Shown: positions 52,241-63,993 of the stretch, piece after piece
Layout: every line of letters starts with the position of its first letter
How positions within the stretch are numbered: the first letter of the stretch is position 1
Assembly (NCBI GenBank): GCA_030264375.1
Contig: JASCQW010000105.1
Coordinates: 39,835,414 to 39,899,406, forward strand
Reading direction: 5' to 3'
From: Carcharhinus longimanus
Taxonomy: Eukaryota
Length of the DNA: 63,993 nt
Program-made: the position numbers and the translations under genes
The notes under the pieces: model-generated
Seen by the model: the letters and a program-made list of their open reading frames with translations, nothing else
The model's database searches: none
Told to the model about the DNA's origin: nothing

Positions 52241-52799
52241 GAATAGAATTAAATATGAAGCTGTCCAAAAGAAGGAATTTGGAAATGTTAAAGCACATAC
52301 AATAAAAAAAAGAATCAATTAAGAAGCTCCATTCATCCAGACTATTAAAACATATTTGGTATGTCCAGTGTGGGTTAAATAGCTACTTGGTTTGAATTGA
52401 AACACCAGAACCAATTTTTCTGAAGACATTTTAAAACTGAGCTCATCACTGCAGCACTTGCACATTTAACCTGTGTTTGCAAGTTTTAAATTAAAGTGAA
52501 CTTAGTTTTTTTAAAAATTAGCAACACAATTCTCCATTGTTTCATTTGTTCTGCACTACATTGATTCAGTTCTGAGACAGCGAGACAAAGAACCACTTCC
52601 CTATTTTAGATTGAATGTTACTTCAATGGGATGCAACACATTATATTTTGTAATGTATAGTAGAATATTTTATGCTTTTTCGTCTTTCCTACTTTCTCCT
52701 TTTGGTCGTTTTGGGTGTATATTGTTTTTATTCAAAATTATGGTACTTTTTTCGAAAGTGGCATTTATTAAGTTCCCTTTCCAGGTTAATATTTTTGAT

Positions 52800-53605
52800 T
52801 AGCATTCTTGTCAAGTTGACATATTGCCTACATTTGATGACAGGTTTGTGAATGTAGAGAAATGTGAAATATTGTAATCAATTTCAGAAATAAATTTTAA
52901 GCTTTTAGCAGACTAGAAGAATTGAGGATCCTTGGTGATCATGTGTGCAAGACATTGTAAGCTGTTGTGCAACCTAAGAAGGCTTTAATAAAGATAATAA
53001 GGATGATTAATAAGGACCTTTGTTTTCATCTGAAGATGAAAACAGTGAGCTAATATTAAACTTGTGCAAGTCATTAGTTGGGTTATAGTTGGAATATAAT
53101 GCACATTCTTGGTAATTAAAGAAAGCATATAAAATAACAGAAAGGGTACAGGTAAAATTCATTAGGCTGCTCGTAGATAAGAATTATAGTTATGAAGGGA
53201 CTTCAAAAGTTGTGTTTTTTTTACTGGAGTGCAGAAAATTAAGTAGTGACTGATAACCTTTCACAACTAAGAAAAACTTTGTGAAAAGGTAAATACCAGT
53301 AAATTATTAACAATTTAAGTGAGATGGTAACCAGAGCTCACAAATTAGAGATAATGATATAATATATTAAAAGGGAGATTAGAAAAAACAATCTTTGTCT
53401 AGAGTGTGATTGGAATGTGGCATTCTCTGTTGCAAATTGTTGTTGTAAGAAACTCCATACATGCTTTTGAAAGGAAATTAGACTGTTTCGAAGGGCATGG
53501 AGAGCGAGCAGAAGAGTCAGATTAGACCGAGTTGCTCACATGGGGAAATACACAGTTCATTTCATGGGCTGAATGGCCTATTTCTGTGGTTTAATATTTT
53601 GTGAT
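52800..53605 (+). mobile_element. Old CR1 LINE 3' fragment
   Basis: tgtgcaagtcattagttgggttatagttggaatat (LYKSLV..LEY-like), tail atgggctgaatggcctatttctgtg. Confidence 0.7.
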
Positions 53606-53692
53606 TTTCTGGATCCCTTAGTGCTCTTGCACACAATTGTAGTGACTCATATTAGTTACTGGTCAGTCAACTTCCATCTCAGCAGTGATGCC

Positions 53693-54018
53693 TTTACTAG
53701 AGATGTGGCTGCAAGGTGACAGGGACTAGGAGCTGAATGTCCAGGGGTATCAAGTGTTCAGGAAGGATAGGCGGGAGGAAAAAGCGGGGGGCGTAGCTCT
53801 GCTGATTAAGGATAGCATCAGGGTGGTAGCAAGGGATGATATNNNNNNNNNNNNNNNNNNNNNNNNNNNNNNNNNNNNNNNNNNNNNNNNNNNNNNNNNN
53901 NNNNNNNNNNNNNNNNNNNNNNNNNNNNNNNNNNNNNNNNNNTCTTATTGAATGGCGGGGCAGGCTCGAAGGGCTAGACGGCCTACTCCTGCTCCTATTT
54001 CTTATGTTCTTATGTTCA
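53693..54018 (+). mobile_element. Young CR1-type LINE, near-full ORF2 collapsed in a gap
   Basis: APE endonuclease N-terminal peptide EMWLQGD..ELNVQGYQVFRKDRREEKAGGVALLIKDSI before the gap and the same 3' tail as the 45.7 kb and 49.7 kb copies after it. Confidence 0.9.
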
Positions 54019-56732
54019 AGGCAATTCAGCAAACCTCTGTTACTTACTCCCAGCAAAGATGTGCTTTAGATCTTTCAAGCCATTGATATCAGCTGCAGCC
54101 CTTGCTCACAGTTGTGTATAGCAGCAGAGCTCATGCATAATGAAATCATGCAACCGTGAGAGTTATCATCAATCACATAAGCAGAGTAAAGCAACAATTA
54201 TAATGTCTTGGAAGATCAGGCGGCAGCCTTCCAGTATCATCCAGTTAAAGAATCATGCATTATTATGGTTTGTTGTGTGTTCCATAATTTTGTTGTGCCA
54301 CTTGCTCTCTGAGATTCACATTTGTCAGCTCTGCGAGACATTCTACTCTATAGAATACTGCAGTCTCTTGTTAGGTGCACACCCCTCTCTCTTTTGGTGT
54401 TGAATTTCAGTATGGCTCATACCCCACACTCCTATCACAAGTGTAGTGTAGCATGCAGTCTTCTAAATGACACTGATGAGGCACCAACTTTTACTTTTAA
54501 AAATGTCATTTGCTGGGCAAATGTGGGACAGCCAAAGTGCAGCCAAAGAATGTTCTATCATTTTACTGTACAATGTGGATTCAACACAAGACACTAATCA
54601 ATGGGAAAGCTATTCCGTCTATTTGAATTCATCCATCCAGAAAGGACTTAAAACACCTTCCATTATCTAATTATCCAATTATTTTCAGGTGCTTCCAGGC
54701 TTTTTGCTTCCACTGCTCTTATCTGAAAGTCTATTCCATCCATTGATCACTCGTGTGAAGAAGCATTTCTTTATCTTTTCTCCACAACTGTCTTTTGCTG
54801 GTTAATTCACCCTTGTCCCATTTTCACAATTGTCAGTTTATTTCATTATCATTTTACCTCTAAAACCATTTCTCAGTCACCTCCTTTCTAAACTAAACAG
54901 TTAAGTTTCTTACCTCAACCTAGACCTTTTATACTAAAGATCTGCCTCAAGGATTTTTCTATTCTGAAGTGTCTTGGCAAGAAAAACTGGATGAGACGTT
55001 TAAGGCATGTCTGGCTACAGCATTGCACAACTTGCTCTGAACTGCATTCTCTTGTTCTGGATGTGTAGTTCAGCATTCTGTTGGCTTTGTCTTGAACTGC
55101 AATGGTTGGATGTTGAGCTTCTGAAGACTTTGCCCGCAGTAAGGTTCACTTTCCCCTGTTATGCTCATATGCACATTTTATTCAATTTATTCTAACTGTT
55201 CTATCATTTTTGAGTTGCATTTTCCATTTTTACTGTTTGGTATAATCTGCAAATGTAATCACTTTGCATTGGATTATTTAATCTAGTGCATCCCCATTCA
55301 GCTTCAGTGGCTGAGATTCAAATAGTCCTTACCTCTGTGAGCAGGTCCATGAACTTGACCTAGTTGCAGGCTATGTCACCTTGGCAGTTACAGAGCCAGC
55401 AAAACAACAGCAGGAGTGGAAGAAGGCAGTTGATGTGCTGGACATAGTAACATCATTTTTGGCCTTGCACCTGCTACTACTACTTGGCACTATCTTCATA
55501 TGTCCATGGGTCTGCATAATAACAGACTCAATACAGCAGTGAAATATGTCCAACCTCATCAATGAGATGCTAAGACTGGTCTTTGCTATAATGGGTCCTG
55601 GAGTTGCCATGTGCTTAATGATGTACTGCAAAGTTTCTTTCCCTTGCATCAGTACACAGAATGCAATCCTTACATTAACCTTTATTTTCTGAAAACTGTC
55701 CAAAGAATCCATCAATCTTTCATACAGTAATCATTCTTTTCTAAGCAAGACCCTTTAAAATGGGGACCTATCATTCATGATTAGAACAGCCATCAGCTGA
55801 CTTCTGACCAGACTCTTCTAACTCACTAGCATCTACATCCCTGGATTTATATACCTACCTGTGATGCAGCTTTGTAATGTTTGAGTGAGTGATGCAATTT
55901 GTCTCAGTACAATGCATGGTTTGGGGACAATGAGTGAGAACTAAGTAGAATGAGGAAGAAATGAGAGATAACAAATTTTGAGCTTCCTGCTTTCTATGCA
56001 GCTTCTCTTCCTGGGATTTGAAGAAAGCTCTCCTCAAATGCAGAGAATAGATTTTGGAGTTCTCCATGTATAATACTATTTGCCCTCTCGTTATGCTTGC
56101 TCTTCTGATAAACCAGTTAAATTCACTTGATATTTAACATTATTTCAGTGGTACGAGATACATGGTATTCGTGGATATTGATATTACAGATATGTGCATC
56201 ATGCAGGGACTGTACATAGAAGTATTTGTCAGGTGGTTCTGATGTTGACAATGTTAATGAAGGTTTTTCTGGAAAAGGAAAGTGTTTGAATTCTACGTAA
56301 GGTCATACTGAAGAGCCATCTAAAGCTAGGAAAGTTGTGCAAGATGATTTGGGTGGAATAGAACCTTTAATTTATACATACTTAATACACTGGATATTGC
56401 TGAGGTTACAATGAAGTACACTACCTTTGTACTCCTAATAAGCATATTAAACTTCTGGCATTTAGACTATGATGGCTGCACTGTGCTGCTAATATAGTAA
56501 TTATCTGCCACTTCCTGGTGAGTAACTTAACCCTAACAGCAATTTATCCCAAGCTCGTTGATAACCCTGTTGTTCCATACGACAAACTGATGTGGTTCTT
56601 TGCTAAAAAGCTAAATCCAGCCTTCACTGAAAGGTGCTGAATTTTCCAACTCTTAATGAGTGAACAATCAATCACCGGTATTAATTATGTTTGCCGATTG
56701 TCCACTCTATATTAATGCACCGAATCCAGAAT

Positions 56733-56962
56733 TGTCTGAGTGGAGTTTGCACGTCATCCCTATGTCTCCGTGAAATCTAGTTTGCTCTCACACTCCAAAG
56801 ATATGTGGGTTAGGTGGACTGGCCATGTTAAATTAATCATTAGTGTCAGGGGGATTAACAGGGTAAATACATGAGGTTACTGGGGTAGGGCCCAGGTGGG
56901 ATTGTTGTCGGTGCAGCCTCGATGGGCCAAATGGCCTCCTTCTGCACTATAGGATTCCATGG
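56733..56962 (+). mobile_element. HE1-family V-SINE, 5'-truncated
   Basis: gtctgagtggagtttgcacg...ccaaagatatgtgggttagg...gatgggccaaatggcctccttctgcact. Confidence 0.85.
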
Positions 56963-57264
56963 TTCTGAACTCCCTATGGAATCAATCAGGTTAAACATGT
57001 GCAGGTATTTTCGACCCTACTTATAACTGGGTGCTGAGATAATCCAAAGATCACTCTTGTTCTCTTATCAATGGAATGTGTATAATTGTAAACTCATATG
57101 ATGTATTCATTTATTCTGGAACACTTCATTCTGCAACTGATCATTGAATATTTTCACATATATAAAATGATGTTTAAAAAAAATGGCTATTCAAGTTGCA
57201 TAAAAACAGTACAAACTTAAGTTTCAAGAATCTATTACTAAAAATTATGTAAACATTTGTTTAG

Positions 57265-57599
57265 GTTTCGCTACGCCCCCAGTCTCCCCTAGGAAAAGGA
57301 CAGTTTCATCTGGCACCACAAGCAGCAACTGGCAAGGACAGCAAAAAACCAGCACACCAGTGTCACGATCATCAGCTAAACGACAGAGGAACAAAGAAAG
57401 CCACAAACGTGGTGTCTTGTGTATTGGAGAGGAAGAGGATCATTTATTTTCACCAATTTCACCAAAGTATTCAAACACAGAACGAGAAAAGCCTTCAGGA
57501 AAGCGCCAGTGTAAAACAAAACACCTAATGCGTCAGGATAGAAGAAGGTCATCGCTGACAGCAGATGACTCAACTGATGTTGAGAGTTCAGAAGACAAG
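57265..57599 (+). CDS. BCOR: BCOR exon (human exon 9 equivalent); gene continues beyond the window
   Basis: tttgtttAG|GT, encodes GFATPPVSPRK...VLCIGEEED...EKPSGKRQCKTKHL...SEDK, matching human VLCADEEED...EKPSGKRLCKTKHL. Donor AAG|gtataa, phase 1-0. Confidence 0.95.
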
Positions 57600-60500
57600 G
57601 TATAAGCTTAATTTACTTGTATTTTCGTGCGAGATATGATATGTAGCAGACACAGACACAAACAAATCTTCTCCATTCTTGAGTAAGGGTCGCAATAAGA
57701 CAGCAAGAATCATTAAAAAGATACAAAATACTGTGGATTATGGAAATCTGAAATAAAATTATTAAGATTTCAGGTTGATGACCTTTCTTCAGAACAAAAG
57801 AAAGATAGGAATGCAAGAGTTTTTTTAAGGCCTTCATTGACCTCTTTTTTGAAAAGACAAACTTGTATTTATGTACTGCCTTATTGTATCTCATAGAAAG
57901 GCCACAAAGCATTTTTAGTACTGGTTTAGTATTTCCACACGTCCTGTGAGTCCATTGAAACTCTCCTTGAGTATCCTGCAAAGGTTCAATAACTACAAAT
58001 TACTACAGCCATCTTTCTATTATCCCAGATTACAATCTAAAACACCTCATTACCCCATTGGTGCATTCATTAATATGAAACAGCCCCTTCCCTGTACCAA
58101 TGGCTGCAGCTTATGGCTTTGAGATGGTCCATAAACCTTTTCTTAACTCACTTTCATGTAAAAGTAGCACTTCAATATAACTGATATCCTCGTGAAGAAA
58201 TGGATGGAAGTTTGGCTAAACAGCAAGTCTCGTTGCACATTGCAGTAATGAACTGTGCAAAATGGGCAAACCCTAGATTCAGTCCTTAGACTGAGATGAG
58301 TTGTTTCATTCATGATAGCAGCAGGATTGCTACCGTGATGTCCCCAAATTAGAGAGCAAGAAATCAACAAGCGTTTTCATTCTTAATTACTAAATTAGTC
58401 GCTGCTGAAAAACTTGTGTATAGGATTGGGCTCAACTTGAACAATAACCCACCAGGTGACAGACAAAGTGAACTTTAGTCGTCTTGGATTCGTATACCCT
58501 TTGTGGGTGAGATTGGCAATAGTCAAAAGAAGAGAAAATATATTATTGTATTCGACTTTTCTGTGCTGAAATGCACTTATCAGTTATTAAGATGACTTGA
58601 GGTTTCAAAATACTAAATTTTATTTCATCTGATTTTTAAAATTATGCACAACTACTTTCAAAGTTGGATAAAGAGGTTTGTTGTGTCATACATTTTGGAA
58701 TAATTTAATTTAAAATCCGGTGGAAGTTACGCATGGATGGAAACAATTAATGGTAATTACACACTTTAGCATAAATTTCCTGGTTCCTTATTTTCTTGGT
58801 TAGCAATTCTGTACACACATCTGTAGGACTTGTTTGGTTAATGTGGAACAGAACTTGCTGTGGATCCAATTAGCAGGCATGCGCCACTTCTAATATCCGT
58901 TGTGTGAGATTTTGCCATGTGCTACCAAAGGGTTAATTGGTAGGGATAGGCTGCATAATGCATAATCGTGTTAAATTCTGTTTCAGCAAAGAGCAGGTGA
59001 AAATTTTGAAATACCCAAATAGTAAAACTTAGTATAATCTAGAGATGTGCCCCAAGTGTAATTAGAGTTCAGGTATATATTGTGAACATGTCTTTCTGCG
59101 TGGTAAGGAGTAATACCTCTTCTTCCACGAATGTCTTCCTCCATCATTATCCCTGTAGAGTCTGTTTTTAACATTGCAGAATTTTTTTTAAGAATTGCAG
59201 ATTTACTTTACGATGTTGGAAGAGGCAAATGTATTTCTGCACAATGTATAGTTTCTTCCACCTGCTTATAGCTCAAGCTGTACAAATAGCATTTAGTACT
59301 ATTCCAGTAACCAGGACCCAGTGTAATTCTTCTTGTGTTAATGGTAATCGTGTCTAGATTCGGTTGCTATATTATGCTGGGCATTATTGGTCTATTAACC
59401 TAATAAATGCAGAGTTTTGCTAAACTGCAAAAACAGGTAGGCAAGTCACCTCCATTTATAGCAACTTGATAGAAACTCCTTTGTCTCGTAGCTCAGCCCA
59501 GTTTCTAAGAACAAGTGGGAGATTTTACTTCACTAACATAATAACTTTGGAAATGTTATACTTGGTCAGTGTGATTCACAATGCAAACTTGCAGCTGAAA
59601 TATGAAAAGAGTTTCAGTGTGAGTTACTGAACTGTTAATTAGAGATTGATTTATGTTGAACACTCAAAATTGTACATGCAGCTTTGCATAGCATCAAGTG
59701 TCTGATTATTCTGAGTATTTAATTCCATCATGTAGTTAATTAAACTTGTTCTTAACTAATCAGGTATAGCCCACCTTTATTTTGAGGGAAAAATTGAACA
59801 TTTGAACATTTCAAATACTTTTTGGCCTTTATTTTCAGTACCTAAAGTAATCTTGATTCAAAACTTAAATAATCTGATTTCAAATAGAAATGTCTCTTCC
59901 TTGTAACCTGGGAACAACATAAAACACTATATCAGCAACAATTCTGTGACATGGGATAGAAATCTCAGGCATTCAGTGTAGGTTTTGCTTTTTCTGACAC
60001 AAACAGTATATCTTGACCATGAATATGATGTTTGAACACTAAGACGCTCAAAATATTTGATGTAATAATTAAGACCACTGTGGTTATTTGATAGCGCTCA
60101 GACTATTTTCTTGTATGAATGCATTTTAATAAATGCATTGATCTTGCTAACAGGTGTTAAGAGAGAGTCTGCTAGCAGAAAATTATGTCTTTGTTTTAAG
60201 ATTAGGATTTTCTTTCCACTTCCTTGCTTCCTGACAGTTACAGCCACAATTCTAGCCACATTAAACATGGTAGATGTTTACCATCTACTATTTCCTGCAA
60301 GTGCAGGAAAACCTGTCTTTGTGTTAAGTGTCACTCATGGCATAATATCACAACACAGGAAGCTTCCCATACCAAGCGCAGCTACCTTGCAATGGCTTTC
60401 GAGATTTGCTTCTGAAGGCTGTAACTGAGTAGGGAGGTATTAATTCAACTATGCCATTTCCTTTGTGTAAAAATATGGGCCCCAATTTATATATGTACCA

Positions 60501-60739
60501 TGCTCCTTCCAAACTGGTGTTGGGATGAACTGTCCACAGCTATATCAGGGGTAGAGATGTGTTATCAGCAGAATTTGTACTTCATTCCTTTCATCACTGA
60601 ACAAAGGCTGCAGTATGTGAGGATGATAGATCTGCTGAGTTTCCTAGAGAGTCCTCAATTGTACTTGCATTATCATTTAGTATCTTATAGAAAAACAGAA
60701 TGATACCTTGTGGAATAATTGGATGATATCTTAGAATAA

Positions 60740-61060
60740 TAGAACGGTTACAGCACAAGAGGAGGCTGTTCAGCCTGATTTGTCTATGCTAGCGCTCTGA
60801 AGAAGCAATTCATTTGGTGCCATTCCCCTGAAGCCCTTCATTTTCTTTCCTTTTCAGATGTTGATCCACTTCCCTTTTGAAAGCCTCAATTAAACCTGCC
60901 CCCACCAGGCTGTTAGGTAGTGCATTGCAGATACTAACCACTCACTTTGTGGAAAAGATTTTCCTCATTTCGCCATTGCTTTTTTTGCAAACTACCTTAA
61001 ATCTGAGCCATTGGTGGAACGTTCTTTATCCTTCCACCAATGGTAACCACTTCTTTTTAT
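60740..61060 (-). mobile_element. CR1 LINE 3' end (further decayed pieces at 54640-55290, 62530-62740, 63780-63905)
   Basis: atagaacggttacagcacaagaggaggctgttcagcc...gcattgcagatactaaccactcactttgtggaaaagattttcctc. Confidence 0.7.
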
Positions 61061-61947
61061 TCAGACCCCCCACTGTGGAAGAATAGGGATGAAATTTAAT
61101 TTTTCTTTTCCAGTGTTTGAGGAAAAAAACAATTGGGATTTGGAGAGATTAATTTCAGGAGGTGATCTTTCATGCCAAACACCACCACCACCACCAGAAA
61201 TGTATAGGCTGCCAAATAGAAACAGCCACTCAATTGTGGATTGACCAGACATCTTATAGTACGATGCCCTGGATTTCCAAAATAATTGTCTGCTGCATGC
61301 TCCATAACCTTGCCACAGAATAAAACCTCAGCATGAATCTAGAAGGCCTGAGTAGTCAAAGCATGATCGATCTGGAGGATGGAAATAGTAATGAGAAAGT
61401 AGCAGTGGTACCAGCAGAGAAAATGGATATTAAATGCAGATGCCTTTCAAGAAATGCCACAGCAACCCATTTCTCAAACCACATTTACTAAATAACTACA
61501 CAATCACTTTGAGAAGCAATTCCATATTCAGTTCTTCAAATACCATCCATTAGCACCTTATGTTGGGGCCCTGTTGTAAACAAAGATGAAAAAGTGCTTC
61601 ATGGCGTTCAAATCAGTTGCCTATCATTTCCTATGTTATGCTGCATGAAGGTTAGCAGCTTGAGTTGGCATGAAGCTGCCCCTCAATAGTTGTCACTTCA
61701 TTCAGATATGTGACATCAAACCTAGCACTTCTCCAAATTTTCCCTGTGACAATAATGAGCATGTTGGCTGAATGCAGGGTTTCAATGATAGTTTGCCAGG
61801 AATTTGGAAACCTGAAACCAGTCAGGGCTATGTATTGAGCGCTCTGCGTGTGAATTGGATACATTCAAGACTTTGGTCACTATGAGATGACTGTGATTTT
61901 TGCCTGCTTTCAGTTACCTCCTGCCATGAATGGTCCACTAATGCTTC

Positions 61948-62163
61948 TGGCACAGTGGTTAGCACTGCTGCCTCACCGCGCCAGGGACCCAGGTTCGATT
62001 CCCAGCTTGGGTCACTGTCTGTGTGGAGTTTGCATGTTCTCCCTGTGTCTGTGTGGGTTTCCTCCGGGTGCTCTGGTTTCCTTCCACAGTTTGAAAGATG
62101 TGCTGATTAGATGCATTGACCCAAACAGGCACTGGAGTGTGGTGACTAGGGGAATTTCACAGT
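61948..62163 (+). mobile_element. V-SINE, alternative-tail subfamily
   Basis: tggcacagtggttagcactgctgcctcaccgcgccagggacccaggttcgattccc...gactagggggaatttcacag-like end. Confidence 0.9.
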
Positions 62164-62270
62164 AGCACTACTGCCCCAGGAAATAATGTTTCAATCTGGA
62201 ATTTACCCAAGAAAAGATGTGTGGGCCATAACACCCGTGGAGTGGCAACCATGGAGAACCACTCCACTCA

Positions 62271-62515
62271 TAGGATCCCTACAGTGCATAGTTAATCCAT
62301 CTACCCTACACATCTTGGGCTACTAAGGGGCAATTTAGCATGGTCAATCCACCTAATCTGCATATTTCGTGTGGGAGGAAATGAAACCACCCGGAAGAAA
62401 CCCACACAGACATGGGGAGAACATGCAACTCCACACAGAGATGAATTGTCGAGGCCAGAATTGAACTGAGGTCCCTGGTGCTGTGAAGCAGCATTGCTAA
62501 CCACTGTATTACTCT
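62271..62515 (-). mobile_element. HE1-family V-SINE
   Basis: Reverse complement of head (gtccctggtgctgtgaagcagcattgctaaccactgt) and V domain (ggggcaatttagcatggtcaatccacctaa). Confidence 0.88.
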
Positions 62516-63347
62516 GCCTCCCTCTGTATTATCCACAGTAAAATACAGCCACACCTACCTCACCCAATCTTCTAAATCAGGCTGGGTGAGAAAGCTGCTG
62601 TTCTGTAAGTTCCCACCTAGCTTGTTAAATCCTTTAATCATCTTAAATACCTCAATTTGATCACCCCTAAATCATCAATGATCAACAGAATATAAGCCTT
62701 TTCTCTACAACCTTTCCTTATAATTGAACCCTTTTAGCCTGGGGAAACTGTTGGGGAGATGGGGATTATAAAATCACTTTTGATTTTTATATCCCAGCTG
62801 TGGCAGTAATACCACAATCCTTAATCACCAGACTGACCATCTGTATTGTTTTTAATAGCTTTCTCTCGCCTGACGGGACTTGACTTTAACAGGGTACAAT
62901 TCCCTTGCAGTATCTTACTCAGCTGACCATCATGGGTGATGGAAGTGCCAGCGAAAGCAGGAGCAGCATTGGCTGCGAAGCCCCGGACAGTCGAATAGCT
63001 CATCCAAACTAAAACAACAGCACCAATACTGTGGATATTGGAAATGCGAAAGAAACATTGAAAAATGCTGGAGAAAAGCAGCTGGTCGGGTAGTGAAGAG
63101 AGAAAGAGAAAGGTAGATATTTCAGATCAATGACCTGTCTTTCAAAGCTAAAAATGAACTGTTCTGAGGCAAGTACAGAATGAGGGAAAAGTGGGGAGAG
63201 AATTGTAGGGAGGTGGAGGTGGAGGTGGAGGGGAGCACAGGATTCAAGGAACGAGGTAAAGGAAGAAATATGTTCACATTGATTAAGTCAGAATGTTGTA
63301 GGGTCAGCACTATTCCAGAGATTGCGTGAAAGTTTAAGTTTTTATAT

Positions 63348-63628
63348 ATTAGCCACAAAGTAAGGCTTACATTAACACTGCAATGAAGTTACTCTGAAAA
63401 TCCCCTAGTCACCAGACTCGAGCACCTGTTCGGGTACACTGAGGGAGAATTTAGCATGGTCAATGCATGTAACCAACATGGCCCTCTGACAGTGAGAGGA
63501 AACCAGAGCGCCTGGAGAAAACCCATGCAAACACAGGAGAGAACATGCAGACTCCATACAGACAGTGTGGGAATCAAACCCAGGTCCCTGGCACTGTGAG
63601 GTAGCAGCACTAACCATTCTGCTACCAT
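63348..63628 (-). mobile_element. V-SINE, alternative-tail subfamily
   Basis: Same layout as 19135-19419. Confidence 0.88.
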
Positions 63629-63993
63629 GCAATCCCAGCTCCAGCACTGACAGGGTGCTGCACTGCTGGTGGTGCCAAAAGTGGATTGATGCCTGCATTG
63701 AGTGGATGAGACATTAAATCGCGTTCCTGCGTGTTTTGCAGCCACATAGCTGATATTAAATCTTCCGAGTATTTTGTTCAGATTTTTAATCAGCAAGGGA
63801 ATCAAAGGTTGTGAGAACAAGGAGGGAAAGTGGAGTTGTGGATTACATCAGAACAGCCATGGCTTCTTAATGGTGGAATGGCCCCTTCTGCTCCACTGTC
63901 TTATGACAGAATGAAGGACAGGCTCGCCAACACTGTGGGTGGAATTTTCCCTGTCTGGCCCGCCTTGGGAATTGTAGCAGGTGGGACAGGACC

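Noticed and set aside
58456-58568. accAG|GTG ACA as the next BCOR exon (human VTVRRFRKRPE)
   Set aside because: Reads VTDKVNFSRL... with no similarity, has no polypyrimidine tract and hits a stop. The next exon is probably outside the window.
62860-63005. CpG-containing structured-looking segment, possible ncRNA
   Set aside because: Resembles decayed ancient SINE pieces also seen near 18060-18280, 43240-43440 and 49080-49340; no RNA family could be supported.

Overview
Vertebrate genomic DNA from a cartilaginous fish. The repeat content (HE1/V-SINEs, CR1/HER1-like LINEs, Penelope-like elements, DeuSINE remnants) indicates a shark, and the assembly is a gapped short-read type. The window holds the 5' three-quarters of a single gene on the + strand, BCOR (BCL6 corepressor). 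I reconstructed the coding exons by hand, with GT-AG boundaries and matching phases: 21971-22056, 28384-28474, 35234-38095, 39415-39471, 39885-40065, 47926-48282, 50234-50596 and 57265-57599. The ankyrin and PUFD exons lie beyond the window end. The most notable observation is an extra in-frame 78-nt exon at 43853-43930 encoding PFRKKQKNGFRDFIPLLLKVQTQNQS. I do not recall this peptide in mammalian BCOR, but it resembles the SFRDFIPVVLSTRTRSQS segment of the paralogue BCORL1. Penelope-derived minimal hammerhead ribozyme cores occur in the introns: those with intact cores are antisense to BCOR and the sense ones are broken. The rest is intronic or upstream sequence with a CpG-richer putative regulatory region at about 3-6.9 kb and many transposon relics. 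Comparisons with human proteins and repeat consensuses are from memory and need confirming by alignment.
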